Shown here piece after piece: positions 40,182 to 51,950 of a DNA stretch of 64,000 nucleotides. The notes beneath the pieces were generated by a model. That model did not search any database and had not been told where the DNA came from. It was given only the letters and a program-made list of their open reading frames with translations. Source of the DNA: Acidobacteriota bacterium (lineage in GTDB: Bacteria; Acidobacteriota; Vicinamibacteria; Vicinamibacterales; SCN-69-37). The stretch is taken from NCBI GenBank assembly GCA_947467605.1, contig CANIII010000001.1, forward strand, positions 125,241 to 189,240, given 5' to 3'. The translations under genes were made by a program, and so were the position numbers. Positions within the stretch are counted from its first letter, which is position 1; each line of letters opens with the position of its first letter.

Positions 40182-41153
40182 ATGCGCATCAACAGCCGTT
40201 TGCTTCAAATCTCGGTGATCGCGGCCGGGCTTTCGGCGCCGACCATCGCCGCGGCTCAGGCTATTCCGCGAACAACCACCACGTCAGAAGCGCCACCGCC
40301 CACCACGAGCACCCCGGCATCGGCCGGATCGAGCACGCGCGAAGCACCGCCGATGCCGACAATGCCCAGTTCTCAGCCACAGTCACAGCCGACGCGGTCG
40401 GCGCCGCCGCCGCGCACTGGCGGATCGACGAGCTCGAGCGGGTCGACGAGCGGCTCAAGCACTTCAGGTTCGAGCGGGTCCGGATCGAGTGCGATCCTCC
40501 GCGGCGGCACGGCAGGGTCTTCTCGACCAGCGGGTGTTGGCTCAGATCCCGTCTACGTCGGCGCCGGTTCGCGCAACCGCGACGGCCGCCCCATTGGCAA
40601 CACGGCGATGCGTCGGCCCAGCCCGATTTCGGGCGCAGGCGCCGATTGGCTCAGCGGCGCTGGCTACCCGTTCAGCCCATGGGGACGCTGGTATCCCTGG
40701 TACACAGGCGGCTACGGCTACGGTTACGTGTCGTACGACCCGTGGCGGTACGGCGGCACGCGTTGGGTCTGGGGACGCTACGGCACGTGGTGGTACGGCG
40801 CCACGCCCTGGTATGACCCGTGGTACGACCCGTACTACGGCATGTATGGCGGTTACGGATACGGCATGTATGGCGGAGGGGGCGGCAGCAGCTCGCGTGA
40901 CGACGAACCGCGCCCGGAGACGGGTTCGCTCCGCCTGCGCGTGAATCCCGACAAGGCGCAGGTCTACATCGACGGCGTCTTGCAGGGCGTGGTCAATGAT
41001 TTCAACGGGCTCGGCAGCCACCTCGATGTGGCGGGTGGCGCGCACCAACTCGAACTGCGCGCGGAAGGCTACGTCACGCTGAAAGACGCGATCACGGTCG
41101 AACCGGGCAAGACGCAGACCTACCGAGGCACGCTGAAGAAAAGTTCGAAGTGA
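40182..41153 (+). CDS. Secreted PEGA-domain protein with Ser/Thr/Pro/Gly-rich and Trp/Tyr/Gly-rich low-complexity regions
   Basis: Track ORF trimmed to MRINSRLLQISVIAAGLSAPTIAAAQA (signal peptide). The C-terminal GSLRLRVNPDKAQVYIDGVLQG ... HQLELRAEGYVTLKDAITVEPGKTQTY is PEGA-like. Confidence 0.7.
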   Translation: MRINSRLLQISVIAAGLSAPTIAAAQAIPRTTTTSEAPPPTTSTPASAGSSTREAPPMPTMPSSQPQSQPTRSAPPPRTGGSTSSSGSTSGSSTSGSSGSGSSAILRGGTAGSSRPAGVGSDPVYVGAGSRNRDGRPIGNTAMRRPSPISGAGADWLSGAGYPFSPWGRWYPWYTGGYGYGYVSYDPWRYGGTRWVWGRYGTWWYGATPWYDPWYDPYYGMYGGYGYGMYGGGGGSSSRDDEPRPETGSLRLRVNPDKAQVYIDGVLQGVVNDFNGLGSHLDVAGGAHQLELRAEGYVTLKDAITVEPGKTQTYRGTLKKSSK

Positions 41154-41539
41154 AGTTTCTGTCGGTCGTCGCGGGCATCTCGTTCTTCTACGATCTTGCG
41201 ATCGGGATCGTGATGCTCACGGCGACCGGCCTACTCGCCACGGTGTTTCACGTGGCGCTGCCTTCTCCCATCCTGTTCGCCAAACTGCTCGGGATCTTCC
41301 TGATTTGCGTCGGGCTCGGCTACGCCGCGCCATGGCGTGACCCGGCGACGCATCGGATGTATCTCTGGATCTTTGGCCCCGTCTTGAAAGGCGCGGGCGC
41401 GATTGCCTTCATTACCGACTACGTCGTGAACGCCTCGCCATCCTCATTCCTGCTGTTTGCCGCGAGTGATGGCGCGCTGGCGCTCCTTACATTATGGGGA
41501 CTGCTGCGGTCTTCTGCAGGATCTGCCGATCGACCTTGA
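41150..41539 (+). CDS. Small four-helix membrane protein (hypothetical)
   Basis: 129 aa with a GTG start overlapping the PEGA stop (GTGA). It has four hydrophobic segments. Its 3' end overlaps the convergent ORF 41487..42011 by 53 nt. Confidence 0.5.
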   Translation: MKFLSVVAGISFFYDLAIGIVMLTATGLLATVFHVALPSPILFAKLLGIFLICVGLGYAAPWRDPATHRMYLWIFGPVLKGAGAIAFITDYVVNASPSSFLLFAASDGALALLTLWGLLRSSAGSADRP

Positions 41540-42011
41540 TCTCGCCGATGTGAAACATCCGGCCGTTCACCTTGCCGAGCACTTTGATGGTGAAGTCGAC
41601 GAAGAGTGAGTGCGAGAAAAAGTCTGCACGCGCCCCTTCCAGCTTGTAGCCGAAGTTCGCGCGGATCGCGATCGGATCGCTCGTCGCACCCGCTGCCAGA
41701 TCCTTGGCGACCAACCCCGGGATGATCTTCTCGTCTTTCTCGCCATCGCCGCCCGCGAGCCAAAACGTGGCGGACATCTGGAAGCCGGAGAGCGTGGCGC
41801 CGCTGATGTTCTTGACGCGCACGGTGGCTGAGGGCACGAGCTTGGTCTCGCCGTTCACGAGTCCCATGTCGACATAGCCAGAATGGACATCGGCGAGTTC
41901 AACGGCCTTGTCGAGTTGGACCTGCGAACCGCAGCCCGCAGCGGGCACCAACGCGACCACGAGGGCCGCGCACACAACTCCGATGGACAGCGCTCGACGG
42001 AATGGCATCAC
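41487..42011 (-). CDS. Lipoprotein (hypothetical), last gene of the ECF sigma operon
   Basis: The lipobox is LVPAAGCGS, followed by about 150 aa of beta-rich sequence. No motif recognised. Confidence 0.55.
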   Translation of the reverse strand: MMPFRRALSIGVVCAALVVALVPAAGCGSQVQLDKAVELADVHSGYVDMGLVNGETKLVPSATVRVKNISGATLSGFQMSATFWLAGGDGEKDEKIIPGLVAKDLAAGATSDPIAIRANFGYKLEGARADFFSHSLFVDFTIKVLGKVNGRMFHIGEIKVDRQILQKTAAVPIM

Positions 42012-42061
42012 GCGATATTAGACCCCGTGAAGGCCAGTTTGATCCAGCAAAGCGAATCGCG

Positions 42062-42733
42062 TCAGCGACGGTCTTCCTTGATCTTGATCCGGCCCTTCAC
42101 TTCGGCGCGGGTGATCTTGCCCTGACGGAAGAGCGCGAGGTCTTCGCCAGTAATGCTGAGTACGAGCGGCACCGTTTCATCACCGACGATTGGAGGGCCG
42201 ACCGGATCGGGCCGACGCGCACCCACCGTTAACATCTCCTGCGGCTTGAGCGGCATCTGACCAGAGTCGATCATGGCGTCGATGAGCGCTTCACGAATCG
42301 CCGCGCGATATTCGCCCTGCGGGTCACGGACGACTGCGGCTTGCATCGGATCCTGACGCGGGGCGGCCACGGAATTGCCGACGTTGGACGGTCGTGCCCC
42401 CTGCGGTAGCAAGTCCAGATAGAGATCTGCGGCGCCTGGATACACAGTCGGTACTTCAACATCAAAGAACCAGCCGACGCCTTCAATCTGATAGCCATGC
42501 GCGTGTGGCTGCCCGGCGAACAGACGGAGGCCGGGCGCGACTTCGTTGATCTTCTGCCCAAGAAGGTCGACGCCGTTCTGCACGGCGAGAGACAACACCG
42601 CCTCCATGGTCCGAATCTGAAAGCGCATGTTCGGGGCGGAATCGGCGGCCGACGCGGCCGGTGTTTGTGCAAATGCCGGCGCGGCGAAACCCACAACGAA
42701 CACGGTAACCGCAAGTGCCTGTGAGGACTTCAC
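42062..42733 (-). CDS. Exported protein (hypothetical)
   Basis: It has a signal peptide (MKSSQALAVTVFVVGFAAPAFAQ). It lies 2 nt downstream of the anti-sigma gene. No motif recognised. Confidence 0.55.
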   Translation of the reverse strand: MKSSQALAVTVFVVGFAAPAFAQTPAASAADSAPNMRFQIRTMEAVLSLAVQNGVDLLGQKINEVAPGLRLFAGQPHAHGYQIEGVGWFFDVEVPTVYPGAADLYLDLLPQGARPSNVGNSVAAPRQDPMQAAVVRDPQGEYRAAIREALIDAMIDSGQMPLKPQEMLTVGARRPDPVGPPIVGDETVPLVLSITGEDLALFRQGKITRAEVKGRIKIKEDRR

Positions 42734-42735
42734 GA

Positions 42736-43476
42736 CTATTGCTCCTTCTCTTTCTCGATCGTGCTGCGATTCGTGACCTTCGACACATTGCCGTAGATGG
42801 CGGCCTGCGCATCGCTGATCTGTTGCGAGACGTTGACCATGTCGCGTTTCCGCTGACTGTCGAGTTCGGTGATCATCGACACGATGCGCTTGGAGGTCTT
42901 CTGCGTGATGCGACCTTCGCTCTCTTTCAGCATCTGCTCGACGCGTTTGATCAACGCGTCATCGGCATCCGCCTTAGCGACATTCGACACTGTCTCGACA
43001 TGCGGGGCCTTGTCAGTCGTTGATGTGCGTTCGAGCGACGCGAGCCGCTCTTCGAGCGCTCTGACTTGCTCTGGGGTCGCGGCGACAGTCTGCGGCAGAG
43101 GATTCTGCGGCGCGACGGGCGGCGCCTGTGCCTGAATGACCGGCACGGTTGTGAGCGCGCGTGCAGCGAATCCGCCAGCGAGACCAATACCGAACATCAG
43201 CGTCGCGGCAGCGGCCAGACCCCACGCCGGAACTTGCTTCCACCACACCGCCTGCGTCGTCACGAACGGCTTCCACACCGACCCGTGCTCCGGCACATCA
43301 AACGAGAGCAGGTCCTGCCGCACGCTGCGCAGGCCACGCAGCTCTTCGCGACAGTCCGCACACTCCACCAGATGCGCATCCACAAGACGACGCTCGCTGG
43401 CGCTGGCTTCGTCGTAGAGATAGGCAATCAGTTTTTCGCGATCGTCACACATGTTGTTTGCGTCCTTCGTTGTCAC
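42736..43476 (-). CDS. Zinc-finger (zf-HC2) anti-sigma factor, single-pass membrane protein
   Basis: GTG start. The N-terminal HLVECADCREEL is an HxxxCxxC ZAS motif. There is one TM span (VPAWGLAAAATLMFGIGLAGGFAA). The periplasmic part is coiled-coil-like. Confidence 0.75.
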   Translation of the reverse strand: MTTKDANNMCDDREKLIAYLYDEASASERRLVDAHLVECADCREELRGLRSVRQDLLSFDVPEHGSVWKPFVTTQAVWWKQVPAWGLAAAATLMFGIGLAGGFAARALTTVPVIQAQAPPVAPQNPLPQTVAATPEQVRALEERLASLERTSTTDKAPHVETVSNVAKADADDALIKRVEQMLKESEGRITQKTSKRIVSMITELDSQRKRDMVNVSQQISDAQAAIYGNVSKVTNRSTIEKEKEQ

Positions 43477-43509
43477 TTTTCAACTTCCCACTTCCTACTT
43501 CCCACTTAA

Positions 43510-44175
43510 CTAAGTGCTGGATTCCCAACTCGCCCGCCGCAAGCTGGCTTCATCGGCTTGCTGACGGGCATCTCGATCCAAGCGCCTGCGCAGAACCGAC
43601 AAGCCTTGATAGAGGCGGGTCTTGACCGTGCTCAGCGGACAATCGAGTGCGTCTGCAATTTCCTGAAACGTCAAGCCGTGAAATTCCTTCATCAGGATGG
43701 CCGTCCGCTGTTCGTCGGGCAGTTCCGCCATCGCCTTGGCCACGGCGGCCGACATCTGCTGTCGGTTGACCAGTTCTTCGACCGACTCGGCCGTCGACGG
43801 CATCTGCTCGGCCATGTCGAGGCCGTCTTCGTTTTCCGGGATCTGGATCATCGGGGCCCGTCGGGCCTTGCGCATCCAGTCGCGGCAGAGATTTAAGGTG
43901 ATGCGATAGAGCCAGGAGGAGAACTTCGCCTCTCCCTTGAATCCCTTCAGGCCGCGGAAACCTCGGAGAAAGGCTTCCTGCACGACATCGCGGGCGTCTT
44001 CTTCACGGCCGAGGGTTCGGTAGGCGAGGGCATAGATCGGCCTCTCCCAGCGCGCGACCAGCTGGTTGAAGCTTTCCAGATCGCCCGCTTGTGCGCGGGA
44101 GACAAGTTCCTCGTCAGTGACTGGCGTAGCGCTCACAACGGCTTTCTGACCCCACGTCCCCCAAGCCCGGCCCAC
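43510..44175 (-). CDS. ECF-type RNA polymerase sigma factor (RpoE-like)
   Basis: Region 2 (FNQLVARWERPIYALAYRTLGREEDARDVVQEAFLRGF, WLYRITLNLCRD) and region 4 (FHGLTFQEIADALDCPLSTVKTRLYQG) are present. The exact start is uncertain. Confidence 0.9.
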   Translation of the reverse strand: MGRAWGTWGQKAVVSATPVTDEELVSRAQAGDLESFNQLVARWERPIYALAYRTLGREEDARDVVQEAFLRGFRGLKGFKGEAKFSSWLYRITLNLCRDWMRKARRAPMIQIPENEDGLDMAEQMPSTAESVEELVNRQQMSAAVAKAMAELPDEQRTAILMKEFHGLTFQEIADALDCPLSTVKTRLYQGLSVLRRRLDRDARQQADEASLRRASWESST

Positions 44176-44303
44176 CCGGCTGTCGTGCCTTCGGAGGGTA
44201 AGACGCAGGTGCCACCACGACAGTCTGTACGAGACGCGAGGGCGGACTTCGGTCAGTATAGTGCTATGCTTTTTTCGGAGTCCCCAGAGGATTTTTCCGC
44301 CGA

Positions 44304-44936
44304 TTGGCCGACATGAGCGACGAAAACTTTCTGACCACTGAGGAGGTTCTTGACTACCTCCAGGTCAACTTGCGCACCGTCTACCGCCTGATCAAGGCTG
44401 GCAAGATTCCGGCTGTTCGGGTGGGTCGCCAATGGCGCTTCCGCAAGCGCGATATCGACGCCTGGCTCGAATCAAGCCGGCCAGCAACCGGCGGTCTGAT
44501 GCTGCCGGAAGACGGCATGATCGGCGGCTCGGGCAACGGCAGCGGCGGCGAGCGTCCGCGCATTCTGGTCGTCGACGACGAACAGGCGGTGCGTGATTTG
44601 CTCGCGAAGACCCTGACCATGGCCGACTACGACGTCGATGCGGCTGACGATGGCCCCTCGGCGATCGAGAAGATGCGCGCGGTGGCCTACGACCTGCTCA
44701 TTACCGAGTTGAAGATGCCCGGGATGGACGGCCTCTCCGTGATCCGCGAAGCCCGCAAGCTGGCCGCGGACCTGCGCGTCATCATCATCACCGGCTACTC
44801 CACCGAAGCGAGCGCGATCGAAGCGATCAATCTCGGTGTCTCGGGCTACCTGACGAAACCGTTCCGCCTGCCGCGCATTCTGGCCGCCGCGGCGCGCGCA
44901 CTCGGCGAGCCCGTCCCGACGGCTGATGGAGCGTAG
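44304..44936 (+). CDS. Excisionase/MerR-type HTH fused to a receiver domain with Glu at the phospho-acceptor position
   Basis: The N-terminal LTTEEVLDYLQVNLRTVYRLIKAGKIPAVRVGRQWRFRKRDIDAWL is an HTH_17-like domain. The receiver has ILVVDDE ... DLLITELKMPGMDG ... IIITGYS ... YLTKPF. The start may be the ATG at 44313 rather than the TTG at 44304. Confidence 0.85.
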   Translation: MADMSDENFLTTEEVLDYLQVNLRTVYRLIKAGKIPAVRVGRQWRFRKRDIDAWLESSRPATGGLMLPEDGMIGGSGNGSGGERPRILVVDDEQAVRDLLAKTLTMADYDVDAADDGPSAIEKMRAVAYDLLITELKMPGMDGLSVIREARKLAADLRVIIITGYSTEASAIEAINLGVSGYLTKPFRLPRILAAAARALGEPVPTADGA

Positions 44937-44951
44937 TAGCTCGACGCTTCA

Positions 44952-46979
<2,028 letters not shown>

Positions 46980-47101
46980 TACGCAGAAGATTTTGTAATC
47001 TCTAAACACGCCCACCGGCTCCCCGCCACGCCCACCGCTCACAGTTTCGTGTTTTTCGCCGCCCGGCGAAGCGGTACGCGCCTTGCGAGAGGGAACTGCA
47101 G

Positions 47102-48265
47102 ATGGCGCGCTCGCAGGCAATCAAATTGACGAATTCCGTCCGTTCACGGCGCGTGGACGACCGCTTCTATCGCCATCTGGTCTCGAATCTCCGCACCGGT
47201 GTGCTCGCCATCACTCGCGACGGCCTCCTCGCCGTGATGAACGACATCGCCTACCGCTCACTCGGACTGGCCGCCGGCCCTGACGATCTTGGCCGGCCGT
47301 TTACGGAAGTGCTCGTCGACTGCCCCGAGGTCATCGGCGTGCTCGAAGCGGCCTTCGACAGCGACGACCTGCCGAACCGCGCGGAAATGCGCCTGCGCCG
47401 CACCGGCAAGGCCATCGGCTACTCCCTCTCGCGCATCTACGACGACGAGGGTGAGGCGGCCGGCGCAACGCTGTTCTTCAAAGACCTCACGCAGGTCGAA
47501 CAGCTCGAAGAACGCGAGCGACTACGCGACCGCCTGGCCACACTCGGTGAAATGGCCGCCGCGATCGCGCACGAGGTCAAGAACCCGCTCGCGAGCATCG
47601 AAGTGATGGCCGGCGTGTTGCGCCGCCAGTTCCGTGATCGCGATGACGCCGGCTCGACCGATGTACGCGAACAACTCGACGACATCATCAAGGAAGCCAA
47701 GATGGCCAACGCCATCGTGGTTGAAGTGCTCGAGTACGTGCGGCCGATTCAGTTGCAGCCCGAGCGCACGTCACTCCTCGACCTGCTGTCGGAATCGGTG
47801 ACGATGGCCGAAGGCAAGATTCCACGCGGCACGATCGTGATGGACATGTCGGTGGATCCCGATGTGCCGGAGATGACGCTCGACGCGCATCAGCTGCGGC
47901 AGATGTTCGCGAACCTCATCGCCAATGCCTTTGAAGCCATGGGCGGCACGGGCTGCGTGCGTGTGCGCGCCCGCATGTTGATGGGCGAAGTCGAGCCGCT
48001 CGGCGGCACGCGCTCGCTGCCTTCACGTGTGCGCGTCGAAGTGCACGACGACGGCCCGGGGATTTCGGCGGATGACCTTGAACGGATCTTCAGTCCGTTC
48101 TTTACGACCAAACCGCAAGGGACCGGCCTCGGCCTCGCGATTGTGCGCAAGGTGGTTGACGCGCACGACGGCACCATTCACGCCACGTCCGCGATCGGAC
48201 ATGGCACCACTTTTACTGTGACATTGCCGGTGGCGCCCGTCCGGCTGCCGTTGATTCTGGGCTAG
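47102..48265 (+). CDS. Cytoplasmic sensor histidine kinase (PAS-like N-terminus, HisKA, HATPase_c)
   Basis: H-box AAAIAHEVKNPLASI, N-box FANLIANAFEAM, and G-boxes HDDGPGI and GTGLGLAIV. No TM segments. Confidence 0.85.
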   Translation: MARSQAIKLTNSVRSRRVDDRFYRHLVSNLRTGVLAITRDGLLAVMNDIAYRSLGLAAGPDDLGRPFTEVLVDCPEVIGVLEAAFDSDDLPNRAEMRLRRTGKAIGYSLSRIYDDEGEAAGATLFFKDLTQVEQLEERERLRDRLATLGEMAAAIAHEVKNPLASIEVMAGVLRRQFRDRDDAGSTDVREQLDDIIKEAKMANAIVVEVLEYVRPIQLQPERTSLLDLLSESVTMAEGKIPRGTIVMDMSVDPDVPEMTLDAHQLRQMFANLIANAFEAMGGTGCVRVRARMLMGEVEPLGGTRSLPSRVRVEVHDDGPGISADDLERIFSPFFTTKPQGTGLGLAIVRKVVDAHDGTIHATSAIGHGTTFTVTLPVAPVRLPLILG

Positions 48266-48283
48266 TAGACATGGAGAGACACA

Positions 48284-49681
<1,398 letters not shown>

Positions 49682-49684
49682 CGC

Positions 49685-50629
49685 TCAGACTTTCGAGAGT
49701 TTTGCACGTGGGTGCGCCTGACGATAGACCTCCGTCAGGCGCCCCACGTCCAGATGCGTGTAGCGCTGGGTCGTCGTCAGCTGCGCGTGCCCCAACAATT
49801 CCTGAATCGCTCGAAGATCCGCACCTGCTTGAAGCAGATGCGTCGCAAACGTGTGTCGCAACGCATGCGGACTGATCCCGGTCTTGATCGATGCCGCCTT
49901 GACATGTTGACGCACGATGCGATCGATGCTGCGCGTCGTCAGTCGAGTGCCGCGCAGGTTCAGGAACAACGGCGTGCGCTGTGGCGCGCGGCCTTTGGGT
50001 CGAGGCACGGCAGCAGGTCGCAAGTTGCCAGCATCAGCCAACATGGCGCGCATGGCGTTGGCGGCGGCGTGATTGAACGGCAGTAGTCGTTCCTTGCCGC
50101 CTTTGCCGCGGACACGAATCATGCGGCCAGACAAGTTGATGTCTTCGAGATCCGCGCCAGCCAACTCGCTCAAGCGCAATCCTGATGCATAGAAGAGCTC
50201 GAGGATCGCGCGATCGCGTCGGCCCGCCACGGTGGCCAGATCGGGCGAGGCGAGCAGCGCATCGATGTCGGAATGGCCAAGGTGCGCCGGCAATGATTGC
50301 TCGCGCTTCGGCGCACCCACTAACTGCGTCGGGTCGTCCGTCAACACGCCTTCGCGTACCAGGTATTTGGCGAACGTGCGAAGTGCCGACAATCGGCGTG
50401 CTGAGGATGCGCGACTGAGACCGCGTTTGTGCAGGTCACCGAGAAACTCTCGGATCGCGATCGCATCGAGGCGCGCCGGGGCCACCTGACTGGGCTTGAC
50501 GCGATCCTGCGCGGCCACGAACTCGAGAAATTGCGTGACGTCCGTATCGTAGGCACGAACCGTATTCGGCGACATGTTCCGGTTGAGCTTGAGGAACGCG
50601 ACAAACGCGCGGCTGTGATCCTTAAGCAT
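49685..50629 (-). CDS. xerC: Tyrosine recombinase XerC/XerD family
   Basis: Track ORF trimmed to Met-11 (MLKDHSRAFVAFLKLNRNMSPNTVRAYDTDV). The catalytic region has ARDRAILELFYASGLRLSEL, HALRHTFATHLL, LLGHAQLTTTQRYTH. There is an 8-nt overlap with the trmFO stop. It sits in a housekeeping context (after topA-trmFO). Confidence 0.85.
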   Translation of the reverse strand: MLKDHSRAFVAFLKLNRNMSPNTVRAYDTDVTQFLEFVAAQDRVKPSQVAPARLDAIAIREFLGDLHKRGLSRASSARRLSALRTFAKYLVREGVLTDDPTQLVGAPKREQSLPAHLGHSDIDALLASPDLATVAGRRDRAILELFYASGLRLSELAGADLEDINLSGRMIRVRGKGGKERLLPFNHAAANAMRAMLADAGNLRPAAVPRPKGRAPQRTPLFLNLRGTRLTTRSIDRIVRQHVKAASIKTGISPHALRHTFATHLLQAGADLRAIQELLGHAQLTTTQRYTHLDVGRLTEVYRQAHPRAKLSKV

Positions 50630-51950
50630 GCGAATTTTGCAGGCTACGCCATTCATCAAGATCGCGCAGGGCGCGGTCGCTCATCGCCAACTGTCTGTCG
50701 TGCTTGGCCTTCGGCGGCTTCTCGAGCGCGGGCATGATGCCGAAGGTGATGTTGGATGGATCGTAGTGCGCCGGATCCGCGTGCGAGACGTAGTAGCCCA
50801 ACGCACCGATGGCGGTCGTGCGTGGCGGCGCCGTTGGCTCCAGTCCGAGTGACAACCGGGCCGCATTGATGCCGGCAATCAACCCGGACGCGGAGGACTC
50901 CACATAGCCTTCGACGCCGGAGACCTGGCCGCCGAAGAACAAGCTCGGCCGCGTGCGTGTTTGCCACGTGGCATCGAGAATCGTCGGCCCGTTGATGTAG
51001 GTGTTGCGATGGATCATCCCGAAGCGCACGAACTCGGCGTTCTCGAGACCAGGAATCATCTTCAGCACGCGCGCCTGCTCGCCCCACTTCAACTGCGTCT
51101 GAAATCCAACGAGGCTGTAGTGATCGCCAGCCAGATTGTCCTGGCGCAACTGCACCGCGGCGTACGGCCATCTGCCGGTCTTGGGATCGTCAAGGCCCGC
51201 CGGCTTCATCGGGCCGAATCTCAGTGTGTCGACGCCACGATGCGCCATGACTTCAATCGGCAGACACCCTTCGAAGAACTTGGTGTTGTCGAAGTCGTGA
51301 ACGCTCGCTCTTTCGGCCGTAACGATCGCGTCGTGAAACCGCAGGTACTCTTCCTTGTTGAACGGGCAGTTCAGGTAGTCGCCGTCGGCGTTGTCGCCAC
51401 GATTCCAGCGGCTCGCGCGGAACACCTTCGACATGTCGATGGTCTCAGCCATGACGATCGGGCTGATCGCGTCAAAGAACGCCAAGTGCTGACTGCCGAC
51501 GAACGCGGCAATCGACGCGCTCAATGACGATGAGGTCAGGGGGCCGGTCGCGATGATCACGGGCTCGCGGTCCGTCGATGCGGGAATCTCGGAAACTTCA
51601 CCGCGCTCCAGTCGAATGCGCGGATGCGCTTCGATCGCGGCCGTCATTTCTTCGGCAAACTTTTCGCGGTCGACGGCGAGCGCCGCACCGGCAGGCACTT
51701 TCACTTTGTCGGCCGTGCGCATCACGAGCGAGCCGAGACGACGCATCTCTTCTTTGAGCAGACCGACGGCGTTGTCGAGTTTGTCGCCGCGAAACGAATT
51801 GGAACAGACCAGCTCCGCGAGCCGGTCTGTGTGATGCACCGAGGTGGGCTGCACCGGACGCATTTCGTGCAGCGTCACGGCGACGCCCATCTCCGCCGCC
51901 TGCCAGGCCGCCTCGCAGCCTGCGAGACCGCCGCCGATGATCCGGATCAC
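50622..51950 (-). CDS. trmFO: Methylenetetrahydrofolate-tRNA-(uracil-5)-methyltransferase TrmFO (Gid)
   Basis: GTG start overlapping the topA stop (GTGA). The FAD motif is IRIIGGGLAGCEAAWQAA, and the rest of the protein is TrmFO-like (FFAGQVSGVEGY-type motif FFGGQVSGVEGY). Confidence 0.9.
   Translation of the reverse strand: MIRIIGGGLAGCEAAWQAAEMGVAVTLHEMRPVQPTSVHHTDRLAELVCSNSFRGDKLDNAVGLLKEEMRRLGSLVMRTADKVKVPAGAALAVDREKFAEEMTAAIEAHPRIRLERGEVSEIPASTDREPVIIATGPLTSSSLSASIAAFVGSQHLAFFDAISPIVMAETIDMSKVFRASRWNRGDNADGDYLNCPFNKEEYLRFHDAIVTAERASVHDFDNTKFFEGCLPIEVMAHRGVDTLRFGPMKPAGLDDPKTGRWPYAAVQLRQDNLAGDHYSLVGFQTQLKWGEQARVLKMIPGLENAEFVRFGMIHRNTYINGPTILDATWQTRTRPSLFFGGQVSGVEGYVESSASGLIAGINAARLSLGLEPTAPPRTTAIGALGYYVSHADPAHYDPSNITFGIMPALEKPPKAKHDRQLAMSDRALRDLDEWRSLQNSHA

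Noticed and set aside
43477-43509. Purine-rich direct repeat (minus strand AAGTGGGAAGT-AGG-AAGTGGGAAGT) between the ECF sigma stop and the anti-sigma GTG start.
   Set aside because: It is a short 33-nt spacer. It is most simply an extended Shine-Dalgarno/spacer region for the GTG-initiated anti-sigma gene, and nothing else supports a function.
47072-47087. Sigma54-like element CGGTAC-GCGCC-TTGCG upstream of the histidine kinase gene.
   Set aside because: The GG-N10-GC spacing is right. However, the -24 half is weak and the implied TSS (~47098) would leave only ~4 nt before the ATG at 47102, with no ribosome-binding site. I judge this a chance match, though autoregulation cannot be excluded.
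49685-50629. Tyrosine recombinase as a marker of an integrated mobile element.
   Set aside because: It is overlap-coupled to trmFO in the conserved topA-trmFO-xerC housekeeping cluster and has XerC/D-type motifs. I saw no flanking att-like repeats, tRNA, or phage/IS genes.
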